From NCBI GenBank assembly GCA_001783145.1, contig MFQT01000009.1, positions 1 to 51,207 of the forward strand: a stretch of 51,207 bases of DNA, read 5' to 3'. Positions 28,715 to 36,350 of the stretch are shown piece after piece. Position numbers and translations under genes: made by a program. The number at the start of each line of letters is the position of its first letter. Position 1 is the first letter of the stretch. The stretch comes from Candidatus Magasanikbacteria bacterium RIFOXYB2_FULL_38_10. Lineage in GTDB: Bacteria > Patescibacteriota > Patescibacteriia > Magasanikbacterales > UBA10003. The notes under the pieces are model-generated. The model was given only the letters and a program-made list of their open reading frames with translations. It searched no databases and was not told the origin of the DNA.

Positions 28715-28737
28715 AAGACCCCATGCGGGGTCTTTTA
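28714..28737 (+). terminator. Intrinsic terminator after znuB
   Basis: GACCCC-atgc-GGGGTC followed by TTTT. Confidence 0.7.
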
Positions 28738-28759
28738 TGAATTTGAAAAAAGTTTAAGT

Positions 28760-28836
28760 TGGTCGGGCTGGCGAGACTCGAACTCGCGACCTTCTGCTCC
28801 CAAAGCAGACGCTCTAGCCAACTGAGCCACAGCCCG
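28760..28836 (-). tRNA. tRNA-Pro(UGG), CCA encoded
   Basis: CGGGCTG/CAGCCCG acceptor, anticodon arm TCTGC-TTTGGGA-GCAGA, T arm GCGAG-TTCGAGT-CTCGC, and ACCA 3' end. Confidence 0.92.
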
Positions 28837-29491
28837 AACTTAAAATAAGCCCTTTAATCCACCCTCTTATTTTATTCACTAATATTACATCATTTATCTT
28901 AATTCGTAAAGTCCCATAAGGCAGACGGCGTTTTGTATTTTTTTTAATTACATTTTTTTGAATAGTAGTTTTTAAAAAAAATTTTCGCGGCATCTTTAGC
29001 TTATTTGCCCAAAAATTAATGGATTTTTCTACCTGATCCTTCTGATGTACTTGTAAATGCAACCTAATTTTTTCCTTAGGGACGAAACAACAAACCCTAA
29101 AAAATCTTAGCATTATAACATTCATGTCTGAATCAGAATTAGTAAAAACAACATTCCAATTACCTCTTTTATAACCTTCTGCCCAATATAAAGATACTCC
29201 AATCAAAAATAAATCATCTTTACTTATTTTAGAAATTTCCTTTTGTGCCTGTTTTTCTATTTCCAACCATTTTTCTCTAGCAATAATTGAACGTTTTTTA
29301 TTATATTTAGTGATATTAATTGCTGCATTAAAATTTGCAGCTTTTACATTTTTTTCTGTAATTTTTTTAAATCGTTGATCTTTTTTGAACCAATAACTTA
29401 AAGTGCCCTTAGGAACAAGGAGTTTACGGGAAATCACATTATAAGATAATCCTTTTATTCTCAATCTTTTAGCTTCTTGTTTAATATCCAT
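28814..29491 (-). CDS. Free-standing HTH plus LAGLIDADG-like putative homing endonuclease
   Basis: 225 aa. N-terminal HTH-like IKGLSYNVISRKLLVPKGTLSYWFKK; a single LAGLIDADG-like motif LFLIGVSLYWAEGYK followed by VVFTNSDSDMNVIMLRFF. Very AT-rich. The last 23 nt overlap tRNA-Pro. Confidence 0.5.
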   Translation of the reverse strand: MDIKQEAKRLRIKGLSYNVISRKLLVPKGTLSYWFKKDQRFKKITEKNVKAANFNAAINITKYNKKRSIIAREKWLEIEKQAQKEISKISKDDLFLIGVSLYWAEGYKRGNWNVVFTNSDSDMNVIMLRFFRVCCFVPKEKIRLHLQVHQKDQVEKSINFWANKLKMPRKFFLKTTIQKNVIKKNTKRRLPYGTLRIKINDVILVNKIRGWIKGLILSSGCGSVG

Positions 29492-29498
29492 AAAATTT

Positions 29499-29543
29499 AA
29501 AACCCATGATAATTACCACACATGGTATTATATCATGGGTTTT
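29499..29543 (-). terminator. Long hairpin between the tRNA-Phe 3' end and the endonuclease-like ORF
   Basis: Perfect 13-nt inverted arms AAAACCCATGATA / TATCATGGGTTTT. On the minus strand a T-rich tract follows, and the ORF's ATG lies 8 nt after the hairpin. Confidence 0.45.
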
Positions 29544-29556
29544 ATACTTTATCAAA

Positions 29557-29853
29557 TGCCGAGGGAGAGAATCGGACTCTCGACGCAAGGATTTTCCTTG
29601 TTTTTTTCTTGAATTACTTCAAGGATCGGACTATATCATCACCCCAAAGGGTGTCGGGCGCTTTTTGGAAGATTATTGTTGGGACTCACTTCCTAGTCTC
29701 TACACCTTCCAAGATATTTTAACCCATCTTGGCTTGGCTCGGGATTACCCTCTTACTGGAGGGTTTCCCCGAATTCACCCGATTTTTAATCCCATATTAC
29801 TATAGGATGGACCGAAAATTCAGTCCTTCGCTCTACCACTGAGCTACCTCGGC
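29557..29853 (-). tRNA. tRNA-Phe(GAA) interrupted by a group I intron (exons 29853-29822 and 29596-29557)
   Basis: The joined exons give a 72-nt cloverleaf: GCCGAGG/CCTCGGC acceptor, D arm GCTC-AGTGGTA-GAGC, anticodon arm AAGGA-CTGAAAA-TCCTT, T arm GAGAG-TCCGATT-CTCTC, and A73. CCA is not encoded. Confidence 0.88.
29597..29821 (-). ncRNA. Group I intron (IC3-like), 225 nt, with no internal ORF
   Basis: P1 pairs exon GGACU with intron GGUCC (U.G at the splice site). P10 pairs intron AUUUUC with the 3' exon GAAAAU. The terminal nucleotide is G. R element GUAGAGACUAG and S element GAUAUAGUCC are present. There are GUAA-capped hairpins and a CCGAGCCAAGC...GAAGGUGUAGAGACUAG core. Confidence 0.88.
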
Positions 29854-29863
29854 AAAAAGGTAT

Positions 29864-29939
29864 TGGTGGACCGTAGCGGATTCGAACCGCTGACCTCCAC
29901 ATTGCAAATGTGGCGCTCTACCAACTAAGCTAACGGCCC
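29864..29939 (-). tRNA. tRNA-Cys(GCA), CCA encoded
   Basis: GGGCCGT/ACGGTCC acceptor (one G.U), anticodon arm CCACA-TTTGCAA-TGTGG, and T arm CAGCGG-TTCGAAT-CCGCTA region. Confidence 0.9.
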
Positions 29940-29976
29940 TTGCGCTACGGTTTAATTTACAATTTAACTAGTCCTA

Positions 29977-30005
29977 ATAATACTACAATTTAACTTAATT
30001 GTCAA
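29977..30005 (-). promoter_or_regulatory. Sigma70-type promoter of the tRNA Cys-Phe-(ORF)-Pro cluster
   Basis: Minus strand reads TTGACA, 17-nt spacer, TATTAT, about 40 nt upstream of tRNA-Cys. Confidence 0.55.
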
Positions 30006-30030
30006 ACCTGCTGTTTTTAGCTGTTTAGCT

Positions 30031-30723
30031 TTACTTTAACTCCCTTACAATGCACACAGGTGTTTGTTCATTAGTCTGGCCCAGGGGGTTATCTTTAAAA
30101 ATGGCTTTAGTCCAAGCATCTTTAATCTCCCGGTTAGACTTGCCCAAAACATTCACCCCCAAGTCATTAGCATCAATAATAATTACTTCGTGTCCTAATT
30201 TTTCTTTTAAAAATTGAGCCACTTTATGGGGCTTGGCCGGACCAAGTTTGGCGTACTTGTTATACGGCGGCAAGGTGTAAGAGCAGGGTCCATCAATTGC
30301 CGCCACCTCCCGTCCAGCCACCAAATAAAACACGCCGCGAATTCCTAAAGGCTTGGTAAAAGCGGCCAGTAAGGCGGCAAATAAAATTCTAAAGTAACCC
30401 ACTTCGCGCACAGCCAATTCCATTGTCCACGGGCTACCCAAACCGATTCCGTAGGGAGATTTATAAACAAACCTGACTAAAAATTTAGCCATCCAAGATG
30501 GTTTAATCTCGCTGATGGGATAGGCGCGACCCTGACTAATGGCCACAATTTTTTCACTGATAAAAATAAAATCACCTGACTCTAAATATTGCCCGGTCCC
30601 GTTTTTAATTATCACTACCAAATCGTCCCCTTTTTTAATCACCGGAGTTTTAATCGGAAAGCGATCATATTTTTTTCCCTCAACTTCAATAGATAAATTT
30701 TTTCCAGGATTAGGAATGAGCAT
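30031..30723 (-). CDS. CofE-like (F420-0:gamma-glutamyl ligase family) protein
   Basis: 230 aa. The ISEKIVAISQGR, IIIDANDLG and LGQTNEQTP blocks resemble the PF01996 family. The call is from memory. Confidence 0.65.
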   Translation of the reverse strand: MLIPNPGKNLSIEVEGKKYDRFPIKTPVIKKGDDLVVIIKNGTGQYLESGDFIFISEKIVAISQGRAYPISEIKPSWMAKFLVRFVYKSPYGIGLGSPWTMELAVREVGYFRILFAALLAAFTKPLGIRGVFYLVAGREVAAIDGPCSYTLPPYNKYAKLGPAKPHKVAQFLKEKLGHEVIIIDANDLGVNVLGKSNREIKDAWTKAIFKDNPLGQTNEQTPVCIVRELK

Positions 30724-32026
30724 ATTGGGAAGAAAATTTAAAATTTAAAGCCATCAGACCCATTAATATCCAAAAGAAAATTGCCAAATCATTTTTAAAG
30801 TAGGGCACATCTACCAAGCCTTGAATTAAAATTATACTCATGGAAGCAAGCAATGTTTCCACTAACCACAGATCATCGCCTTGGCGGACTTTTAAAAGCC
30901 TCCAACCGGCTCGGCCAAACAACAATACCAGCCACAAAAAAGCAATAAGGCCCGGTAAACCTACTTCAGACCAAAAATTTAAAAAGATGTCATGCGGATA
31001 CAAATAAATTTCGGCCCAATTTAAAATGTGATAGGGTGCCACGGCGCTCTGATAAGCGGCGAGTCCCGCGCCCAAAATAGGACGACTGCGTAGCATTTCC
31101 ACTGTTTCACCCCACATGTTCACCCGCAAATTTCCGGAAACACCCTGCAAAAAAAACTCTTCCTGCAAAGAATTTTTTAAAGGCGTTAAAAACGCCAAAC
31201 AGCCGGCAATAATCACAATAATCAAAGTTATCTTTCTGGTGCGACGAAAAACCAAACCAAAAATTAATAATGTCCCCGCCACGGCCGTTAACCCACCCAT
31301 AGAACGGGCAAAAATAATATCCAGAAAAAATAAAAAAAAGATTAAAGAATAAAATAGATCCTGCCAAAACAAACCCTTAGTCTTACGCCAAGTATGCTCA
31401 AAAAGATAAACTACAAAGGGTAGCAGTGGCGCAAAAAATAAAGACACAGCGTTGGGATAACCCCAAAAACTGGTGACGCGGCGCGTAGCCCAGTTCTGCC
31501 AGAAAGGATTGGGAATAAGCCAGCCGGTAAATTCTTGGGCCAAAGCTAAAAGAGTGGCGGGAATGGCGCCCAGCACCAGCGCCCAAATTATTTTAAGCAT
31601 TTCCTCGCGGGTTTTAACAGTGGAAATAAAAACGGAAAAAAATAAAATTGGTTCTAAAAAATAAGCCCGCCAAATTCCTAAAGCCGCCAAATGATTAGGA
31701 GAGGTATAAACAGCTAAAATTGACGCAGCCAAAAATAAAATAATGGCCCAAAACCAACGGTTAAATGGATAAGATAAGGCCTGACGTTTTAAAAAATTCT
31801 TGGTGACACCCCCCCATTGTGCGCCATGCTTAATTACCCAGGCAACAAAAGTTAATAAGACCATTCCTTCTAAAACCGTAGTGGGCAAACCAAAAATTGT
31901 ATAACGGATTAAATAAGATGGCAAAAAGGCGGAAATCAAAATAAGCCCCCAAAGCAAATTTTTGTTTAAAAGAAAAACAAACAAGAGAAAAAAGATAATA
32001 AGAACAAAGATAAAAAAAAGAGACAT
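30710..32026 (-). CDS. O-antigen ligase/polymerase-like (Wzy_C) polytopic membrane protein
   Basis: 438 aa with more than 10 hydrophobic helices and a large loop with Arg/His residues before the C-terminal helices. It is adjacent to a flippase. Confidence 0.65.
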   Translation of the reverse strand: MSLFFIFVLIIFFLLFVFLLNKNLLWGLILISAFLPSYLIRYTIFGLPTTVLEGMVLLTFVAWVIKHGAQWGGVTKNFLKRQALSYPFNRWFWAIILFLAASILAVYTSPNHLAALGIWRAYFLEPILFFSVFISTVKTREEMLKIIWALVLGAIPATLLALAQEFTGWLIPNPFWQNWATRRVTSFWGYPNAVSLFFAPLLPFVVYLFEHTWRKTKGLFWQDLFYSLIFFLFFLDIIFARSMGGLTAVAGTLLIFGLVFRRTRKITLIIVIIAGCLAFLTPLKNSLQEEFFLQGVSGNLRVNMWGETVEMLRSRPILGAGLAAYQSAVAPYHILNWAEIYLYPHDIFLNFWSEVGLPGLIAFLWLVLLFGRAGWRLLKVRQGDDLWLVETLLASMSIILIQGLVDVPYFKNDLAIFFWILMGLMALNFKFSSQYAHS

Positions 32027-32056
32027 ACAGATTCATTTAATTATATTTATAGTATA

Positions 32057-33472
32057 TCAATCTTGTTTAAATAAAGCCAAAAACATCTTTTTGGTAATCC
32101 CCCGTAATAAATACAAAACTGCAAAATAAGTTATAATCGCGGCCGATAAAATAAAAATAAAATTATAAGATTGCAAAAAGATAACAGCCACCGCCATTAT
32201 TAAAGAAGCTGCCAAACTTTTAAAACTAATTTTTAAACCCGGCCAAATACCAGTGGTTTTTATCACCACAATATAAGTAACTAACATAATAAAAGCTTCA
32301 GAAAAAACCGTCACCCAAGCCGCCCCGTAAGCGCCAAATTGCGGAATAAAAATAAAATAACCGGCCAAAGATAAAACAGCATCCAACAAATACCATTTAA
32401 TCATTTGTTTTTGCTTGTTCAAAGATAAAATGGCGTGAGCGCTGATTACGCCAAAAAAAATGCAAAACATGGCCACTAAAAGAATTTGCAAATAATTTCC
32501 CGAGGCGGAAAAATTCTGTCCGGCCACAAAAGACATAATGCGAGAAGATAAAATAACACCGCCAATAAGCAAAGGCCAGGCCGCAAGGGACATCAAATCA
32601 AAAGCACGGCGGAAATATTTGGAATATTCTTCTTTATTTTGCAAAATCCAAGAAGAGGTTAAAAGCGGCAACATAATCCCCATAAAAATAGTGGGGATGG
32701 AAGTCAAAACATCAATTACGCGGTAAGCCGCGCCATATAAACCAACCTCTGTTTGCGGCCTAATTACCGACAAAATTAAAGTATCGGCTTTTAAATATAA
32801 TAAATTAAAAGCAATGGAAATGGCTATGGGCCAGCTGCGCGTTAAAGCTTCTTTATAAATCTCTTTATCAAAAGAAAATTTTATCTTAACAAATTTAGTT
32901 ACGCCACTCCACAACAAAATAAGCTGAGCCAAATTAGCCACCACGCTCACCGCTAAAATTAGCAAGATATTTAACTTCAAAATTGCGCAGAGGATGTAAC
33001 CAGCCAAAATTAAACCCCGACCTAAAACATCTCCCCAGGCTACGCGCTCCATTTGGGTATGTTTTTGATAAAAACCCACAAAAATATTCTGCAAAGTGAT
33101 AGCAAACAAAGAAGCGGCGTAAACCCAAACTCCCCATTTGATAATTAAAGGATAAGGAAAAAACCAAACTAAAATTAAGGCACTACCAAAAAAAACAGTT
33201 GAGATAAACAAACGCAAAGAAAAAAGATTGGAGGTTATTTTAGTCTCGTCGGCCCCAGGTTGGGCAAGCATTTGAGCGGTAATTAAAGTAAGGCCAAAAT
33301 CCGCCAAGATACCAAAAAATTGTAAAAAGACGGTAATGGTGGTGTACCAACCAAACTGTTCCTGGCCCAAATAACGGGTAATTACTCCCAAAGCCACCAC
33401 CCCAAAAAGAGTGGAAAAAGCTCGGCCTGTAAGTTGAATTAGAGTATGCCTGACAGCTTTGGTTAAAGACAT
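32057..33472 (-). CDS. Polysaccharide/oligosaccharide flippase (Wzx/MOP superfamily)
   Basis: 471 aa with about 12-14 TM helices and an N-terminus typical of the MOP flippase family. Confidence 0.72.
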   Translation of the reverse strand: MSLTKAVRHTLIQLTGRAFSTLFGVVALGVITRYLGQEQFGWYTTITVFLQFFGILADFGLTLITAQMLAQPGADETKITSNLFSLRLFISTVFFGSALILVWFFPYPLIIKWGVWVYAASLFAITLQNIFVGFYQKHTQMERVAWGDVLGRGLILAGYILCAILKLNILLILAVSVVANLAQLILLWSGVTKFVKIKFSFDKEIYKEALTRSWPIAISIAFNLLYLKADTLILSVIRPQTEVGLYGAAYRVIDVLTSIPTIFMGIMLPLLTSSWILQNKEEYSKYFRRAFDLMSLAAWPLLIGGVILSSRIMSFVAGQNFSASGNYLQILLVAMFCIFFGVISAHAILSLNKQKQMIKWYLLDAVLSLAGYFIFIPQFGAYGAAWVTVFSEAFIMLVTYIVVIKTTGIWPGLKISFKSLAASLIMAVAVIFLQSYNFIFILSAAIITYFAVLYLLRGITKKMFLALFKQD

Positions 33473-33486
33473 AGTGAATTGATTTT

Positions 33487-33515
33487 AGTATATAGTATTT
33501 AGGAAAAGAAGACAA
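33487..33515 (-). promoter_or_regulatory. Sigma70-type promoter of the flippase operon
   Basis: Minus strand reads TTGTCT, 17-nt spacer, TATACT, with the -10 lying 14 nt upstream of the ATG. Confidence 0.5.
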
Positions 33516-33552
33516 AAAAAGCCCTCCAAAAGCTTGCAAGGCTTTGGAGGGC
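33514..33552 (-). terminator. Orphan terminator-like hairpin just upstream of the flippase promoter
   Basis: Minus strand reads GCCCTCCAAAGCC-ttgcaa-GCTTTTGGAGGGC followed by TTTTTTT. Confidence 0.5.
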
Positions 33553-33626
33553 AATGCCATAATTTAGCCAAAAAATAAACTATCCACATTGCCCCAAGAC
33601 AACATTATTGGTATGATACTTTTATT

Positions 33627-35495
33627 ATGAAAACCCGCAGTATTAAAAAACACCTAAAACTGGCTTTAATACTATTTTTTGCCGCTTTTTTGTTTAACGG
33701 TTTATCCATCTCCCCTGTTTTAGCCAAGACTACCATTCCAGATTGGGCAGCGGAACAATATTCTAAAATTTCAGAAATAAACTTAGCGCCAGGAGAAGTT
33801 AAACAAATCAAAATCGGTTTTTATAACCGCGGAACTTACAACTGGCGCAACACAGGTAAAAATTACGTCTCCATTTATACTTACAGCCCCAAATATCATG
33901 CCAGTAAATTAGCCGCCGCTTCATGGCTCTCTTACAGCCATCCAACCAAATTAAAAGATTCTTTGGCCGGGCCAAATAGCAAGGGTTATTTTGAACTGGA
34001 AATCAAGGCGCCACAAAAAGCTGGTACCTACAAAGAAACCTTTGCCCTGGCGGCGGAAAACAAAGCCTGGGTTAAAGGTGGACAATTTGAACTGGTGGTA
34101 AATGTGGGCAAAACAAGTTCCGCCATAAATGATGCAAGCGACAAGGCCACCGGTGATATAGAAGCCGAAACTGCCGATAATGCTTTTTTAAATCCTCCCA
34201 AAATTGAATTTAACAAAAAAGATCTGGAAGCCATGAAGCTAAGCAAAATGGAACCAGTCTCTTTAAATTACGGCGAAGAAAAAACCACCGCCTTATTATT
34301 TATCAATAAAGGCAAACAAAATTGGGACAAAAGAACCTTAATTTTGAACAACGTTTCTTTGGCAGGAGTTAGCACCGGCAATTCTTTTGCTTCCACTGCT
34401 TGGCTGAACAACAATACCATCTCTGAATTTTCTACTACCCCAATTAAAAATGGGCAAACGGAAATTTATCAAATCCCCTTAAGAGCGCCCGAACGGTCTG
34501 GAATTTTTACTTTGCATTTTTCTTTACTCATCAATGGACAAAAAATTGAGGGGGGCAATTTTGACTTACCCGTGACGGTAATCAATCAAAATCCACTGGA
34601 AAATGTAGCCGATGATTCATCTAACATAATTATTGATGACACCCGAGTTAGAATTGGTTTATTTACCACCGAGGAGCCTTTAGAATTTGTTTCTCCTTTT
34701 GATTATACTATTAAAGACACGGACGGATTAGAATTGGGACGCATCATACCTGGAAATAAAGTTCTGCTTTCTTACGATGAAGACAGCAAAAAATATTTTG
34801 CCGTTTTGGGTGAACAAAAAATAATTTCGGACAGACCGCTGCGGTTGGCTCCGCTGGATTTGAACGCTTACTTTACCATCAGCAACCACGAACTACTGGC
34901 TCGTTGGGGCAACAATATTAATTACAACGAATTTCGCGATACCTTAGAATTAAGATTGGCGGAAACCGGATATGTTTGGGTGATTAATGAACTAGGCATG
35001 GAAAATTATTTAAAAGGCATGGCGGAAGAAAGCGATTCTTCACCAACAGAATTCTTAAAGGCCATGGCAGTGGCAGAAAGAAGCTATGCCTATTATCAAC
35101 TTAAAAACCCCGGCCGTCATTTGCTGGGCCATTTTGATTTAGACGCGGATAATGATCAGGTTTATAGAGGATATGTAAGAGAAAAAATTTCACCCAACAT
35201 GGTTATAGCGATAGAAGAAACTCGTGGCTTTGTAGCCACTTATAATAACGAACCGGCCGATACGCCTTATTTTGCCCGCTCCAACGGCAAAACTAAAAGC
35301 GCCAAAGCGGTGTGGGGCGCGGAAAAACCCTGGTTGGTAGCAGTTACCACCCCTTATGATAAAGGCAAAACCCAATGGGGACACGGGGTAGGTATGTCTG
35401 CTCGCGACGGGTTATACCGTGCCAAGGATGGGTCCAATTGGGATGATATTTTAAAATACTACTACACCGGTATAGATTTGCAGAAAATGTATTAA
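33627..35495 (+). CDS. Secreted SpoIID/LytB-domain protein with two N-terminal Ig-like/NBR1-like repeats
   Basis: 622 aa with a signal peptide. The C-terminal SpoIID blocks are AVAERSYAYYQ, QVYRGY and PYFARSNGKT. Confidence 0.85.
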   Translation: MKTRSIKKHLKLALILFFAAFLFNGLSISPVLAKTTIPDWAAEQYSKISEINLAPGEVKQIKIGFYNRGTYNWRNTGKNYVSIYTYSPKYHASKLAAASWLSYSHPTKLKDSLAGPNSKGYFELEIKAPQKAGTYKETFALAAENKAWVKGGQFELVVNVGKTSSAINDASDKATGDIEAETADNAFLNPPKIEFNKKDLEAMKLSKMEPVSLNYGEEKTTALLFINKGKQNWDKRTLILNNVSLAGVSTGNSFASTAWLNNNTISEFSTTPIKNGQTEIYQIPLRAPERSGIFTLHFSLLINGQKIEGGNFDLPVTVINQNPLENVADDSSNIIIDDTRVRIGLFTTEEPLEFVSPFDYTIKDTDGLELGRIIPGNKVLLSYDEDSKKYFAVLGEQKIISDRPLRLAPLDLNAYFTISNHELLARWGNNINYNEFRDTLELRLAETGYVWVINELGMENYLKGMAEESDSSPTEFLKAMAVAERSYAYYQLKNPGRHLLGHFDLDADNDQVYRGYVREKISPNMVIAIEETRGFVATYNNEPADTPYFARSNGKTKSAKAVWGAEKPWLVAVTTPYDKGKTQWGHGVGMSARDGLYRAKDGSNWDDILKYYYTGIDLQKMY

Positions 35496-35496
35496 A

Positions 35497-35526
35497 CAAA
35501 AAATCCCTTTAAAGGGATTTTTTGTT
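35497..35526. terminator. Bidirectional terminator
   Basis: AAAAATCCCTTTAAAGGGATTTTT. Confidence 0.7.
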
Positions 35527-35531
35527 TCTCT

Positions 35532-36086
35532 TTACTGTTCCTTCATCATATCGGCATTGTGAAATTTTCTGTCTTCATCAGCTAACCTAATAATCGCCTC
35601 CCTAATTTTGTGAGGTTCGGGAATGTTATAAAAGACAAAACGCTCTTGCTCGCCGGCAGTTTGAATATAAACATTGCCAAAATCAAACATAGTGGCAAAA
35701 ATTCCGTGGGCCTCCGAGGTGACATCTTGTACTCTAAACAAATCTAACTCGGCCACCACTCTGGCAAACAAACCTTTTTGTCTAATATCTACAATTCGGT
35801 CATTGGTAATAATCCACATATCCAAAAAATAATTAACAAAAGCAGTGTAAAAAAACAGCCAAACAGATAAAGTATAAATAAAAGCCACCAGATATAAAAT
35901 GGCTAAAGTAAAATTCTTTAAAAACAATTCGGGAAATAAATTTTTTAACAAATAATAAATGCCCAACTCTACTGCTAAAAGTAAAAACAAAAATAAAACA
36001 TAGGGGATAAGGGTGATAATGTCGCGGCGCAATAAATGCATTATTTTCTCGTAATTTTTTTGTTTAATGACTTGGCTGTATAACAT
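35532..36086 (-). CDS. Membrane protein with a bacterial PH (bPH_2/YdbS-like) domain
   Basis: Two TM helices, then DMWIITNDRIVDIRQKGLF...NVYIQTAG. I prefer the MLYSQ start at 36086, which removes the 53-nt overlap of the ORF-track start (36143) with the upstream gene. Confidence 0.62.
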   Translation of the reverse strand: MLYSQVIKQKNYEKIMHLLRRDIITLIPYVLFLFLLLAVELGIYYLLKNLFPELFLKNFTLAILYLVAFIYTLSVWLFFYTAFVNYFLDMWIITNDRIVDIRQKGLFARVVAELDLFRVQDVTSEAHGIFATMFDFGNVYIQTAGEQERFVFYNIPEPHKIREAIIRLADEDRKFHNADMMKEQ

Positions 36087-36090
36087 ATGT

Positions 36091-36345
36091 TTAGTAAGTA
36101 GGGGCATTAAAAGTAATACCGTTGAAAATAGTAACAGTCTCATTCCAATTTAAAGGAGCTAAAAATGTCCAACCCCAAAAACAAATATAAGCCACACCGG
36201 CTAAAAAAATAAAAGTCATTACAAAGCTGGTAAAATGCATTTCGGCAAAACTGGCCAGATGATATAAGTCCATTAAAACAAAAATCGCATAAATTGCGCC
36301 AAAAACAGCTAAGGGAAATAAGAGATAATAAAGAGGGAAAGCCAT
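36091..36345 (-). CDS. Small 2-3 TM membrane protein
   Basis: 84 aa, hydrophobic. It sits 5 nt downstream of ruvB and 4 nt upstream of the PH-domain gene. Confidence 0.5.
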   Translation of the reverse strand: MAFPLYYLLFPLAVFGAIYAIFVLMDLYHLASFAEMHFTSFVMTFIFLAGVAYICFWGWTFLAPLNWNETVTIFNGITFNAPTY

Positions 36346-36350
36346 ATAAA

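Noticed and set aside
29506-29805. Plus-strand ORFs 29506-29805 and 29522-29722
   Set aside because: They lie antisense to tRNA-Phe exon 2 and the group I intron. The RNA features explain the region fully.
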